From contig JBBQRX010000007.1 of the NCBI GenBank assembly GCA_038214375.1, positions 15,717 through 79,716 on the forward strand: a stretch of 64,000 bases of DNA. Reading direction: 5' to 3'. Made by a program: the position numbers and the translations under genes. The notes beneath the pieces are model-generated. The model was not told the DNA's origin, made no database searches, and saw nothing but the letters and a program-made list of their open reading frames with translations. This document shows, one piece after another, positions 39,684-49,024 of this stretch. Source of the DNA: Candidatus Limnocylindrales bacterium (GTDB taxonomy: Bacteria; Chloroflexota; Limnocylindria; Limnocylindrales; CSP1-4). Numbering within the stretch: position 1 is the first letter of the stretch; every line of letters starts with the position of its first letter.

Positions 39684-40418
39684 TTACACCGGCAACTGCG
39701 GCTGTGGCGCGATCACCGCGGCTGGTCCCTTCCGGCGGTCGCGCAGCCCCGGCGACCGGGCGAGGCGTTCGAGCAGCCCCACCGCGACCTCGGTGGCGAT
39801 CGCGAGTCCCGCGACCAGAACGACCCCGCCGAAGACCTGGCCGTCATCGTTCTGCGCGATCCCGTCGACGAGGAAGCGTCCCAGGCCGCCGCTCCCGAAG
39901 ATCGCGCCAAGGGTGGCCGTCGCGACGATCTGGACGGCTGCGGACCGAACCCCGCCCAGCACGACGGGCAGGGCCACCGGCAGCTCGATCCGGGCGAGGA
40001 TCTGGCGCTCGCGCATGCCCATCCCGCGCCCGGCCTCGACGAGGTCGCGGTCCACCTCGGCGATGCCCGTGTAGGCGTTCACGAGGATCGGCGGGATTGC
40101 GAGCACGACCATGGCCACGAGCGTCGGCAGGACCGTCCCGCCGAGCACCGGGTCCACGAGCACCGTGACCGGGATGGCGATCGCGATGACCGCGAGTGAC
40201 GGCAGGGAGCGCCCGAGGTTCGCCACGCCCGCGGCCGCGGCGGCTCCCCGCCCGGTGTGGCCGATCGCGAGGCCCGCCGGCAGCGCGAGCAGCAGCGCGA
40301 TCCCGAGCGAGATGCTCGCGATCAGCACGTGCTCGAGCAGCCGGTTCGGGATCCCGCTCTGGCCGGCCCACTGGGCCGGATTCGTCAGCCACGCCGCGGT
40401 TTCCGTCACGAGGTTCAC
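39684..40418 (-). CDS. ABC transporter permease (OpuBB/ProW-like)
   Basis: BPD-transporter EAA-like loop (ARIELPVALPVVLGGVRSA); GTG start overlaps upstream stop (GTGA). Confidence 0.85.
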   Translation of the reverse strand: MNLVTETAAWLTNPAQWAGQSGIPNRLLEHVLIASISLGIALLLALPAGLAIGHTGRGAAAAAGVANLGRSLPSLAVIAIAIPVTVLVDPVLGGTVLPTLVAMVVLAIPPILVNAYTGIAEVDRDLVEAGRGMGMRERQILARIELPVALPVVLGGVRSAAVQIVATATLGAIFGSGGLGRFLVDGIAQNDDGQVFGGVVLVAGLAIATEVAVGLLERLARSPGLRDRRKGPAAVIAPQPQLPV

Positions 40419-41077
40419 GAGGCTGCCTCCGTCGCCCGCACCCGGGTCCACGGGGTGATGCGGCGCTGCAACCGCACGAAGAGAAGGTCCGCGGCGAGCG
40501 CAAGGACGATCGAGGGGACCGCCCCGGCATACATCTCGGTCAGGAAGTTTCCCCGGTGGTAGCCGTCGAGGATGAAGTAGCCCAGCCCCCCGTAGGCATC
40601 GCTGATGGTGCCGGTGATCGTGACGAGGCCGATCGTCGAGACCGTCGCAAGCCGGAGGCCGGCCACGATCAGCGGGAGCGCGAGCGGCAGCTCCACGCGC
40701 CAGAGGCGCTGGCGGCGGGAGTGGCCCATGCCGTCCGCGGCTTCGACCACGTCGACCGGGACGGCGTCGAGCCCTGCCACGATGTTCCGGACCAGGATCA
40801 CGAGCGTGTACAGGACGAGGGGAACCTCGGCCGTCACGACGGAGAAGCCGGTGAGCGAGATGAGGGCGGCGAAGAGCGCCAGGCTCGGGATCGTGAAGAG
40901 GATCCCGGAGAGTGCGCTGATCGGCGGGTAGAGGACGCGATAGCGGGCCGCAGCGAGCGCGAGGACGAACGAGATCGCGAACCCGATCGCGACGCCGAGC
41001 ACGGCCAGGTAGACGTGCTGCAACGTGCGATAGGCGATCGCGTCGAGGTGGCCGGCAAGCCAGCTCCAGTCGATCAT
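40415..41077 (-). CDS. ABC transporter permease (OpuBB/ProW-like)
   Basis: Paralogous permease (WRVELPLALPLIVAGLRLA). Confidence 0.85.
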   Translation of the reverse strand: MIDWSWLAGHLDAIAYRTLQHVYLAVLGVAIGFAISFVLALAAARYRVLYPPISALSGILFTIPSLALFAALISLTGFSVVTAEVPLVLYTLVILVRNIVAGLDAVPVDVVEAADGMGHSRRQRLWRVELPLALPLIVAGLRLATVSTIGLVTITGTISDAYGGLGYFILDGYHRGNFLTEMYAGAVPSIVLALAADLLFVRLQRRITPWTRVRATEAAS

Positions 41078-41119
41078 CGGGCGCGCCGCCCGCGGGTCAT
41101 CCGGCGCTCGGCCGGCCGC

Positions 41120-42373
41120 TCACGAGCCGGCGCCCGGTGGGGATGCCGCGGACGTCCCGGCGGCGGACATCCCGGCGGCGGATGTCGCGCCAGCGGACGC
41201 GCCGGAGGCGATGACCTCGGGATCGGCGCTTGGGCGGAGCGCGGCCGCGATCGCCTCCACGGTGAGCACCCCTCGGAGGCGGCCCGTCCGGTCCACGACG
41301 ATCCCCGTCTGTACGTCCGCGTCGAGCATCATCGAGAGCGCGTCCTTCAGCGTGGTCCGGCGGTCGAGCAGCGGCGACATCGGCGTGGCGAGCGACGCCC
41401 CGAGCGAGCCCGCGGCAGGGATGTGACCCTGGCTCACCCAGCCGATCGGGCGGTCCGACCCGTCGAGCAGGAGCAGGTACGGGAACGGGTCCGCGAGCGT
41501 GCGGGCCCGCGCGTCCCCTGCCGGGTCGCCGACGTGGGCAGTCACCACCGGCTGGAGCGCGATCTCGCTCACGCGCGTCAGCGAGAGGCGCTTGAGGCCG
41601 CGATCGGCTCCGACGAAGTCGGCCACGAACTCCGACGCCGGGGCGGCCAGGATCTCGGCGGGCGGGGCGAACTGCTCCAGGTGCCCGCCGACCTGCATGA
41701 CCGCGACGAGGTCGCCCATCTTGATCGCCTCGTCGATGTCGTGGGTGACGAAGAGGATCGTCTTGGCAAGCTCCGCCTGCAGGCGCAGGAACTCGTTCTG
41801 GAGCCGCTCGCGGACGATCGGGTCCACGGCGCCGAAGGGCTCGTCCATGAGCATGAGCGGCGGGTCCGCTGCGAGCGCGCGGGCAACGCCCACTCGCTGG
41901 CGCTCGCCGCCGGACAGCTGGGCGGGATAGCGGTCGCGGTAGAGCGCCGGGTCGAGGCCGACGAGCGCCAGCAGCTCCTCGGCCCGCTCCCGCTGGCGGG
42001 CCGCCGGCCACCCGAGGAGGCGCGGCACGACAGCGACGTTGGCCCCGATCGTCTGGTGCGGGAAGAGGCCAACCTGCTGGATGACGTAGCCGATCTCGCG
42101 CCGGAGCTCGGTGGCATCCCGGCCGGCGATGTCGGCGCCGTCGATCAGGATCCGACCGCTCGTCGGCTCGATCAGCCGGTTGACCATCTTGAGGCTGGTG
42201 GTCTTGCCGCAGCCCGATGGGCCGACCAGCACGCAGATCTTGCCGGCCGGGACGGTGAGCGACAGGTCATTCACCGCACCCGGCGCGCCGCGGCCGGCCC
42301 GTGCGGTCGCATAGCTCTTGGAGACGTGCTCGTACTCGACGATCGCGGCCCGGCGGGCGGCAGGCTCCAGCAT
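41120..42373 (-). CDS. glycine betaine/proline-type ABC transporter ATP-binding protein with tandem CBS domains
   Basis: Walker A GPSGCGKTT, signature LSGGERQRV, Walker B LLMDEPF; C-terminal CBS pair. Confidence 0.9.
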   Translation of the reverse strand: MLEPAARRAAIVEYEHVSKSYATARAGRGAPGAVNDLSLTVPAGKICVLVGPSGCGKTTSLKMVNRLIEPTSGRILIDGADIAGRDATELRREIGYVIQQVGLFPHQTIGANVAVVPRLLGWPAARQRERAEELLALVGLDPALYRDRYPAQLSGGERQRVGVARALAADPPLMLMDEPFGAVDPIVRERLQNEFLRLQAELAKTILFVTHDIDEAIKMGDLVAVMQVGGHLEQFAPPAEILAAPASEFVADFVGADRGLKRLSLTRVSEIALQPVVTAHVGDPAGDARARTLADPFPYLLLLDGSDRPIGWVSQGHIPAAGSLGASLATPMSPLLDRRTTLKDALSMMLDADVQTGIVVDRTGRLRGVLTVEAIAAALRPSADPEVIASGASAGATSAAGMSAAGTSAASPPGAGS

Positions 42374-42382
42374 CCGCGGGCC

Positions 42383-43339
42383 TCAGGGGCGGCCGGCGTC
42401 GACGAGCGGCTTCACCTCGCCGATCAGCCGCTCCAGCGTCTCGACGTCGTACGGCGCCGGGACCTCCACGATGACCGTCGAAAAGCCGGCGTCGACGTAT
42501 TCGCGCAGCCGCGCGGCGATCGCCGCCGGCGGGCCGAGAAGCGGGCGCGACGGCTCGAGCGAGTTCTCGAGCGGAGTCCGGTTGTGCTCCATCCACGCGG
42601 CCCAGGCATCGCGGGCTGCCGCCTCCGTGTCGCGGATCGAGATCCACAGGTTGGCGGTCCGCTCCACCTCACGCTCGTCCCGCCCGACGCTCGCGCAATG
42701 GGCGCGGAGCACGCCGTCGAGCTCGCGAACCTCGTCCGGCGTTCCGAAACCATTCCACATGTCGGCGTACTTCGCGATCGTCCGGAGGGTCTTGGTGCGG
42801 CCGTTGCCGCCGATCAGGATCGGGAGGTGCCCCTGCACCGGGAGCGGCGAGTGGCGAAGCTCCCGGAAGTCGTAGTGGCCGCCCTCCGGGGACGTGACCG
42901 TTCCTCCGTCGAGGAGGGTGCGAATCGCAACGACCGATTCGTCGAGCCAGTCGAGCCGCTGCCCGGGGCCGGTTCCGAACGGAATCCCATGAGCCGTGTG
43001 CTCGGGTTCCATCCAGGCCCCGCCGATGCCGAGGATCGCGCGGCCTCCGGAGACGTGATCGAGCGTCGCAACCTGCTTCGCCACGAGCCCCGGGTTGCGA
43101 AACGTGTTCGCGCCGACCATCAGGCCCAGCCGGACGCGCTCGGTCGCCATCGCCCACGCCGGGAGCATGCCCGGACCTTCGAAGATGGGCTGGTGCGGGT
43201 CGCCGAAGATGGCGTAGAGATGATCCCAGGTCCAGAGCGATTCGTAGCCGAGCGCATCGACACGGCGCGCGGCGGCGAGGACCTCCGGCCAGGTGGCGGC
43301 CTGGCTCCAGAGGTTGATCCCGAGGCGAAGGTCGGTCAT
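42383..43339 (-). CDS. LLM class flavin/F420-dependent oxidoreductase (luciferase-like monooxygenase)
   Basis: LGYESLWTWDHL and TIM-barrel LLM pattern; AGGAG RBS 9 nt upstream of ATG 43339; the long ORF N-terminus (repeats) is non-coding. Confidence 0.85.
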   Translation of the reverse strand: MTDLRLGINLWSQAATWPEVLAAARRVDALGYESLWTWDHLYAIFGDPHQPIFEGPGMLPAWAMATERVRLGLMVGANTFRNPGLVAKQVATLDHVSGGRAILGIGGAWMEPEHTAHGIPFGTGPGQRLDWLDESVVAIRTLLDGGTVTSPEGGHYDFRELRHSPLPVQGHLPILIGGNGRTKTLRTIAKYADMWNGFGTPDEVRELDGVLRAHCASVGRDEREVERTANLWISIRDTEAAARDAWAAWMEHNRTPLENSLEPSRPLLGPPAAIAARLREYVDAGFSTVIVEVPAPYDVETLERLIGEVKPLVDAGRP

Positions 43340-43365
43340 TTCGGCGACTCCTGGTGCGTGGTCCG

Positions 43366-43420
43366 TGGCGGGGTCCGTGGCCCGGTCGGTGGCCCGGTCG
43401 GTGGCCCGGTCGGTGGCAGG
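43366..43420. repeat. tandem 12 bp repeat (GGCCCGGTCGGT x3-4, flanked by GGTCCGTGGC x2) in the leader of the LLM/ABC operon
   Basis: Read directly; lies 27-80 nt upstream of the LLM start on the minus strand. Confidence 0.5.
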
Positions 43421-43448
43421 GCCGCGATCGAGCCGGACGGGATTCGAG

Positions 43449-43733
43449 TCACGCGTTGGCCAGCTCGCGGCCGATCGCGCGGAGGATGAAACGCGCGGCC
43501 TCGGCGGATTTGCCGCCGAGACGCTCGCCGGCATCCGCGTCCGCGTCGAGCGCGGACGCGAGGTCGTGCAGCATGGCGTCGAGCGCCGGCGTGCGCTGCA
43601 GGACGCCGGCCGCGAAGGCAGCCTCCAGCCCGGCGGCGGCGGCGCGGGCGTTCTCGACGGCGTGGCCCTTCGCGGCGACCTGGTCTGCGAACGTGGCCCG
43701 GGCCGCATCCGCAGCTGCCCCGGTGCTCCCCAT
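43449..43733 (-). CDS. small Ala-rich hypothetical protein (94 aa)
   Basis: ATG overlaps GNAT stop (ATGA); alpha-helical Ala-rich sequence. Confidence 0.45.
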   Translation of the reverse strand: MGSTGAAADAARATFADQVAAKGHAVENARAAAAGLEAAFAAGVLQRTPALDAMLHDLASALDADADAGERLGGKSAEAARFILRAIGRELANA

Positions 43734-44335
43734 CAGCCGACCGGCTCCGCCGCCGACGCGAGCCCGAGGGCGCGTTCGCGCGTCACCCGCCACTCCTCCT
43801 CGAGGATGCTCATCTGGATCTCGTCCCAGAAGCGCCCGCCCCGCCAGATCGCCTCGCGCGACCGCCCCTCCACTGTGAAGCCCACCCGTCGATAGGCGCG
43901 GATTGCTCGCTCGTTGTATTCGAAGACCGCGAGCGAGACGCGGTGCAGCCCGAGGACCCCGAAGGCGTGCTCGAGCATGAGCGCGGTCGCCTCCGAGCCG
44001 TAGCCGTGGCCCCAGCAATCCGGCTCGCCGATCGTGATGTGGAAGAGCGCCGAGCCGTTGTCCCCGTCGAGCTGGCTGAACGCGCACGTGCCGATCAGCC
44101 GGTCCGACTCTGCGACGTGGATCGCGAGGGCCAGGGAGCCGACGCCGGCGACCCGCGCCTCGAAGAACCGCTCGACCTCGTCGGCCCGCATCGGGCCCTC
44201 CTGGTAGCGGGTCAGTCGGGCGACCTCGGGGTCCCCGTACCAGCGCTTGAAGGCCGGCAGGTTGCGCGCCGTGTGCTGGCGCAGCACGACCGTTCGGCCG
44301 GGAATCGCGGCGGGAAACCAGGTCCGGGCTCGCAT
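43733..44335 (-). CDS. GNAT family N-acetyltransferase (RimJ/RimL-like)
   Basis: GTCAF...L.LHRVSLAVFEYNERAIRAYRRVGF acetyl-CoA-binding motif pattern. Confidence 0.85.
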   Translation of the reverse strand: MRARTWFPAAIPGRTVVLRQHTARNLPAFKRWYGDPEVARLTRYQEGPMRADEVERFFEARVAGVGSLALAIHVAESDRLIGTCAFSQLDGDNGSALFHITIGEPDCWGHGYGSEATALMLEHAFGVLGLHRVSLAVFEYNERAIRAYRRVGFTVEGRSREAIWRGGRFWDEIQMSILEEEWRVTRERALGLASAAEPVG

Positions 44336-44361
44336 GCCTGCGAGCGTATACCATCCCGCGC

Positions 44362-46173
44362 ATGCGCCGATGGAGCCAGGTGGCCGCGCGGATTGGCGCG
44401 ACGACGCGGACGTCCGAGAAAACCCGCCTCCTGGCCGACTACCTGCGGGAGGTCGAGCCCGACTCGCTGCGCGACGCGGTGATCTTCTTCACCGGGCGCG
44501 CGTTCCCTGAGTCCGACGCCCGCGTTGCCGGCCTGGGCTGGGCGACGATCGCCGACGCCGTCGCGCGGGTCGCGGGCGTGGATCGTGCGGCGCTCGGGGC
44601 CGCCTACGACCGGGATTCCGACCTGGGCCTCGCCGTCGGCGACGTCCTCGCGGCGCACGACCACGCCGGGAACGAGCCCGCGCCGCACGGGCCCGCGGCG
44701 CACGAGCCCGCGGCGCACGAGCCCGCGGGTACGTCCCGGCTCCCTCCGGCGGGCATCGCCGACACGGCCGGGCCTGCCGCCTCGCCGAGCATCCCGGAGG
44801 TCGCGGCCGCGTTCGCGGCCATCGTGGAGGCGCCGGGCCCGGCCGCGAAGTCGGCCGCGTTCGAGGCACTCCTCCGACGCTGCGATTCGCTGAGTGCCAC
44901 ATACGTGGTCAAGATTCTCGCCGGCGAGCTCCGAATCGGGCTCCGCGACGGGCTCCTCCAGGCGGCGATCGCGCAGGCATTCGGGCGGCCGGCGTCGGCC
45001 GTCGCCACCGCGGCGATGCTGACCGGCGACATCGGGGAGACCGCCGTGCTGGCCCGGGAGGACCGTCTCGGCTCGACACGGCTGCGCATGTTCCGGCCGG
45101 TCCGCTTCATGCTCGCATCGCCGGCGGAGGACGCGGCGGAGATCATGACCCGCCTCGGGCCGGTGGTCTGGACCGAGGACAAGTACGACGGGATCCGGGT
45201 CCAGCTGCACCGGCGCGGCCCGGACGCCCGGCTCTACAGCAGGGACCTCAACGACATGAGCGGGCAGTTCCCGGAGGTGGTCGCGTCGGCCGCCCGACTC
45301 GACTGGGATGGGGTCCTCGACGGCGAGCTCCTCGCGTACCGGGACGGCGTGGTCATGCCGTTCCTCGCGCTCCAACGGCGTCTCGGCCGCAAGGAGCCGT
45401 CCGCCCAGCTGCGGGACGAGGTCCCCGTCGCGTATGTCGCCTTCGACGCGCTGGCGCTGGGTCCCCGTGGCGGCGAGGTCGAACCGCTGATCGGGCGGCC
45501 CCTGGCCGAGCGACGGACGCGCCTCGAGGGGCTGGGCCTGGACGCGGCGGAGCCCGGTCACTTCGCGCTCTCGCGACTCGTCCAGGTCGGCTCGGCCGAC
45601 GAGCTCGAGGCGGTCTTCGCAGCCGCGCGCGAGCGTCGGAACGAGGGCCTGATGGTGAAGGACCCGACCAGCGTCTATGCGCCCGGCCGGCGCGGCTTCG
45701 GCTGGCTGAAGATGAAGAAGGCGCTCGCCACGCTCGATTGCGTCGTGGTGGGCGTCGAGGGCGGCCATGGCAAGCGGCACGGCGTTCTCTCGGACTACAC
45801 GTTCGCCGTCCGCGACGACGCGACAGGAGCGCTCGTCACGATCGGCAAGGCTTACAGCGGTCTCACGGACGCGGAGATCGCGGAACGCACCACCTGGTTC
45901 GAGGAGCACACCCTGGCTCATCACGGGCGCTACCGGGAGGTCGAGCCGAGGGTGGTCGTGGAGATTGCGTTCGACGTGATCATGCGGAGCGCCCGCCACC
46001 GGTCGGGCTTCGCGCTCCGGTTCCCGCGGATCGCCCGCCTGCGTCCGGACAAGTCGGCCGCCGACTGCGACACCCTCGCGACCGTCGAAGCGCTGTGGCG
46101 CGAGCTGCAGCACGGTGCCGAACACCTCGTGACACTCGGGGCGCGGCGGCCCGGCGCTCGCTCGGGGGCCTGA
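44362..46173 (+). CDS. ATP-dependent DNA ligase (N-terminal DNA-binding, adenylation and OB domains)
   Basis: KYDGIR adenylation motif I, EGLMVK motif, OB-domain; contains a His/Pro/Ala linker encoded by a 15-bp tandem repeat (44690-44740). Confidence 0.9.
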   Translation: MRRWSQVAARIGATTRTSEKTRLLADYLREVEPDSLRDAVIFFTGRAFPESDARVAGLGWATIADAVARVAGVDRAALGAAYDRDSDLGLAVGDVLAAHDHAGNEPAPHGPAAHEPAAHEPAGTSRLPPAGIADTAGPAASPSIPEVAAAFAAIVEAPGPAAKSAAFEALLRRCDSLSATYVVKILAGELRIGLRDGLLQAAIAQAFGRPASAVATAAMLTGDIGETAVLAREDRLGSTRLRMFRPVRFMLASPAEDAAEIMTRLGPVVWTEDKYDGIRVQLHRRGPDARLYSRDLNDMSGQFPEVVASAARLDWDGVLDGELLAYRDGVVMPFLALQRRLGRKEPSAQLRDEVPVAYVAFDALALGPRGGEVEPLIGRPLAERRTRLEGLGLDAAEPGHFALSRLVQVGSADELEAVFAAARERRNEGLMVKDPTSVYAPGRRGFGWLKMKKALATLDCVVVGVEGGHGKRHGVLSDYTFAVRDDATGALVTIGKAYSGLTDAEIAERTTWFEEHTLAHHGRYREVEPRVVVEIAFDVIMRSARHRSGFALRFPRIARLRPDKSAADCDTLATVEALWRELQHGAEHLVTLGARRPGARSGA

Positions 46174-46249
46174 GCGGCGGCTCCGGGCGTGGCGGGTCGC
46201 AGCCCGGGATGGGGTTCCGCGGCTCCGGCATTGTCCGTACACTTGCGGC

Positions 46250-46852
46250 ATGGCATTCGAGGCGGCGTTCCGGACGATTCCCATGACGCTCTACACCGAG
46301 CAGTTCGTGGTCCGCGGCACGGTCCAGACCCGCCAGCACCGGGTGACGGACATCCTCAATGAGGCGGACCAGCGATTCCTCGTCCTCGAGGAGGTCTCCC
46401 TCGAGGAGTTCGGCTCCAAGGAGCTCCCGACGCGCGCCGATTACGCGCAGGTGAACCTCGGTTCGATCCTCTTCGCGGTCTCGCTCCAGGCGGTCGAGCC
46501 GATCCGGGAGTTGCGCACAATGAAGGTCTCGGAACGTGCGCTCGTCTCCATCCCCCCGTTCCGCGTCATCGGGAACGTCCACCTCCTGTCGGAGCGAAGC
46601 CTGCGCGACTCCCTCGCGGAGCTGCAGGCCCCGTTCGTGCCGGTGACGGATGCCGTGTTCTGGTCGGATCGCCTCGGCGAGGCCCGCCAGAGCGCGGCGA
46701 TGGTCGCGGTCAACCAGGCGCGCGCGCAGATCCTGGCCCCCTATCGCGAGGTCAACCCCTGGGCTGACCTGGGTGGCGCCAAGCCAGGATTGCCGACCCG
46801 CCTGCCCGGCGTGCCCGACGATCACGGACCCCGTCAGCCGGGCTCGTTCTAG
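46250..46852 (+). CDS. hypothetical protein
   Basis: Coding-like composition; no recognisable motif. Confidence 0.55.
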   Translation: MAFEAAFRTIPMTLYTEQFVVRGTVQTRQHRVTDILNEADQRFLVLEEVSLEEFGSKELPTRADYAQVNLGSILFAVSLQAVEPIRELRTMKVSERALVSIPPFRVIGNVHLLSERSLRDSLAELQAPFVPVTDAVFWSDRLGEARQSAAMVAVNQARAQILAPYREVNPWADLGGAKPGLPTRLPGVPDDHGPRQPGSF

Positions 46853-46905
46853 CGGTCGATCTCCAGCGGTCGACTTCCAGCGGTCGATCTCTAGCGGTCG
46901 ACCGG
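46849..46905. repeat. 4 tandem copies of a 14 bp unit (CAGCGGTCGATCTC)
   Basis: TAGCGGTCGATCTC CAGCGGTCGACTTC CAGCGGTCGATCTC TAGCGGTCGACC at the convergent junction between 46250..46852 (+) and the rhodanese gene (-). Confidence 0.5.
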
Positions 46906-47736
46906 CAGGTCCAGGCGGCCGCCCCAGTCGGCCCAGCCTCCGTCGTAGACTGCGACGTCGTCGTGGCCCATGAGCGCGAGGGCGAAGGCGAGCTTGGCCG
47001 CAGAAACGCCCGACGCGTCGTAGCAGACCACGCGGCGCCCCGCGGCCACCCCGGCGCGATCGATCAGGGCGCGCAGCGTCCCGCCGTCGACAAAGCGTCC
47101 CGAGCCCGGCTCCGTGGTCAGCGCCACGGGCAGATTGACGGCGCCCGGCACGTGGCCCAGGCGGCGACCGTTGCCCTCGAACCCCCGGTACTCCGCGGGC
47201 GCGCGCGCGTCGAGGATGACGGCGCCGGCCGACCCGACCAGTGACCGCAGGTCGCTCGTCGTCAGTCGGCTCCGCAGCTGGGCCCGTGGCGTGAACGCGG
47301 CGGGATCCGGCTGGTGGGCGGCATGGCTGATCGGCCGGCCGGAGGCGATCCAGGCGCCGTAGCCCCCGTCGAGGATGCGAACCGACTCGAGGCCGTACAC
47401 GCGCAGGCTCCACCACGTCCGGGCCGCGTACAGGCTGGCCGTGTCGTCGTAGACCACGACGGTGCTGCCGTTGGCGATCCCGGCGCCGGCGACGGCCGCG
47501 GCGACCTGGTCGGGGGGAGCCAGGAGGAGCAGCGTGTCGTTGTCCTCGGGATCCACGAACGCGGCCCGCCAGTCGAGATACGTCGCGTTCGGGACGTGCC
47601 CAGCCGCGAACGCGAGCCGTCCAGTGCCGTCCGGCCGCCACCGGACGTCGAGAATCCGGACCTCGGGCCGGCCGAGATTCTCGGCCAGCCAGTCGGGAGA
47701 GGCGAGGAGCTCGGGTCGAGCATGGGCGCCGGGCAT
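46891..47736 (-). CDS. sulfurtransferase (tandem rhodanese domains, thiosulfate/3-mercaptopyruvate sulfurtransferase family)
   Basis: Two rhodanese domains; active-site loop VVCYDASGVSAA with catalytic Cys. Confidence 0.85.
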   Translation of the reverse strand: MPGAHARPELLASPDWLAENLGRPEVRILDVRWRPDGTGRLAFAAGHVPNATYLDWRAAFVDPEDNDTLLLLAPPDQVAAAVAGAGIANGSTVVVYDDTASLYAARTWWSLRVYGLESVRILDGGYGAWIASGRPISHAAHQPDPAAFTPRAQLRSRLTTSDLRSLVGSAGAVILDARAPAEYRGFEGNGRRLGHVPGAVNLPVALTTEPGSGRFVDGGTLRALIDRAGVAAGRRVVCYDASGVSAAKLAFALALMGHDDVAVYDGGWADWGGRLDLPVDR

Positions 47737-47758
47737 CGCCGCCTATCATACGGACCCG

Positions 47759-49024
47759 ATGACGCATCCGACCGAGCCCCGGGCCGGCTCCGACCGCGAC
47801 GGCGAGAAGCTCGCCGCGATCCGCGCCGCGCTGCCGGCCACGCGCGCCGGGATCTACCTCGACGCCGGCACGTTCGGGCCGATCCCCGCCGAGAGCGCTG
47901 CGGCGACACGCCAGGCCGAGGAGCGGGAGCTTGCGCTCGGCCGCGCCAGCCTCCACGCCCACGAGGAGCTCGCGGACCGGATGGCCGAGACGCGCGGGGC
48001 GCTTGCCGCGGTCCTGGGGACCGACATGGACCAGGTGGCCGTGACCCACTCCACGACCGAGGGGATCGGGCTGGCCGTGGGGATGCTGGGCTGGCGGCCG
48101 GGCGATCGTGCGGTCACCACGAGCGAGGAGCACGCGGGCCTGCTGGGGCCGTTGGCGGCCGTCGGCGACCGGCTCGGGGTTGAGGTGCGTGTCGCGGAGA
48201 TCGGCAACGGCGGCGACGACGAACGAACGGTCGATGCGATCGATCGGGAGCTGGCCGGCGGGCGCGTTCGGCTCGTCGCCCTCTCCCACGTCCTCTGGAC
48301 GACCGGGGCCGTCCTCCCCGTCGCCGAGATCGTGCGGCGAGCCCACGCCCACGGCGCGGTCGTGCTGATCGACGGCGCGCAGGCGTGCGGGGCGATCCCG
48401 CTGCGCGTCGACGACCTGGGTGCCGAGTTCTACGCGGTTCCCGGCCAGAAGTGGCTGCTCGGCCCCGCGGGCACGGGCGCGCTGGTCGTTCGTCGGGACG
48501 TCGCGGCCGCGGCGGTGCCGCCGGCGCGCGGTGCGTTCAGCGTCGCCACGTCGGATGGCGTCGGCCGCGACGACCTGTGGCCGGATGCGCGCCGCTTCGA
48601 GGTCGCCGGTTTCCACGGCCCATCGCTGGTCGGCCTCGCGCGCAGCGCCGGGTGGCTCGCGATGTATGTCGGCCTGCCGTGGGCGCAGGCGCGGGCGAGT
48701 CGACTCGCGCACGCCGCGGCGGTTCACCTCGAAGACACGCCCGGCGTGGCGCTGGTCACGCCCCCGGACCGGATGGCGACGCTCGTCACGTTCCGGCTTC
48801 CCGGCTGGCCCGCGGGCCGCGTCGCGGAGGAGCTCGGGCGGCGGGTGTTCGCGAGCGTCCGAACGATCCCCGCCCTCGACGCCGTCCGCCTCTCGGTGGG
48901 TTTCTTCACCACCGAGGAGGAGCTGGCGCGCGTCCTTGGTGCCGTTGCCGAGCTTGCCCGGCATACCCCTGAATCGCTGCCGCCGCGCCCCGCCATCGAG
49001 TTCCTCGGCCAGTCGTCCCCGTGA
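47759..49024 (+). CDS. aminotransferase class V (cysteine desulfurase-like, PLP-dependent)
   Basis: Fold-type I PLP enzyme; SHVLWTTGAVLPV...IDGAQACGAIPL...VPGQKWLLGPAGTGALV; divergent (22 bp) from the rhodanese gene. Confidence 0.85.
   Translation: MTHPTEPRAGSDRDGEKLAAIRAALPATRAGIYLDAGTFGPIPAESAAATRQAEERELALGRASLHAHEELADRMAETRGALAAVLGTDMDQVAVTHSTTEGIGLAVGMLGWRPGDRAVTTSEEHAGLLGPLAAVGDRLGVEVRVAEIGNGGDDERTVDAIDRELAGGRVRLVALSHVLWTTGAVLPVAEIVRRAHAHGAVVLIDGAQACGAIPLRVDDLGAEFYAVPGQKWLLGPAGTGALVVRRDVAAAAVPPARGAFSVATSDGVGRDDLWPDARRFEVAGFHGPSLVGLARSAGWLAMYVGLPWAQARASRLAHAAAVHLEDTPGVALVTPPDRMATLVTFRLPGWPAGRVAEELGRRVFASVRTIPALDAVRLSVGFFTTEEELARVLGAVAELARHTPESLPPRPAIEFLGQSSP

Noticed and set aside
40196-43489. 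1097-aa plus-strand ORF across the ABC transporter/LLM region
   Set aside because: Antisense to five well-supported minus-strand genes; low-complexity Arg/Glu/Asp translation
43340-43708. N-terminal 123 codons of the LLM ORF encoding ATDRATDRATDR
   Set aside because: Product is a translation of the 12-bp tandem repeat and Pro/Arg-rich sequence; a strong AGGAG RBS precedes the internal ATG at 43339, so this region is treated as leader DNA
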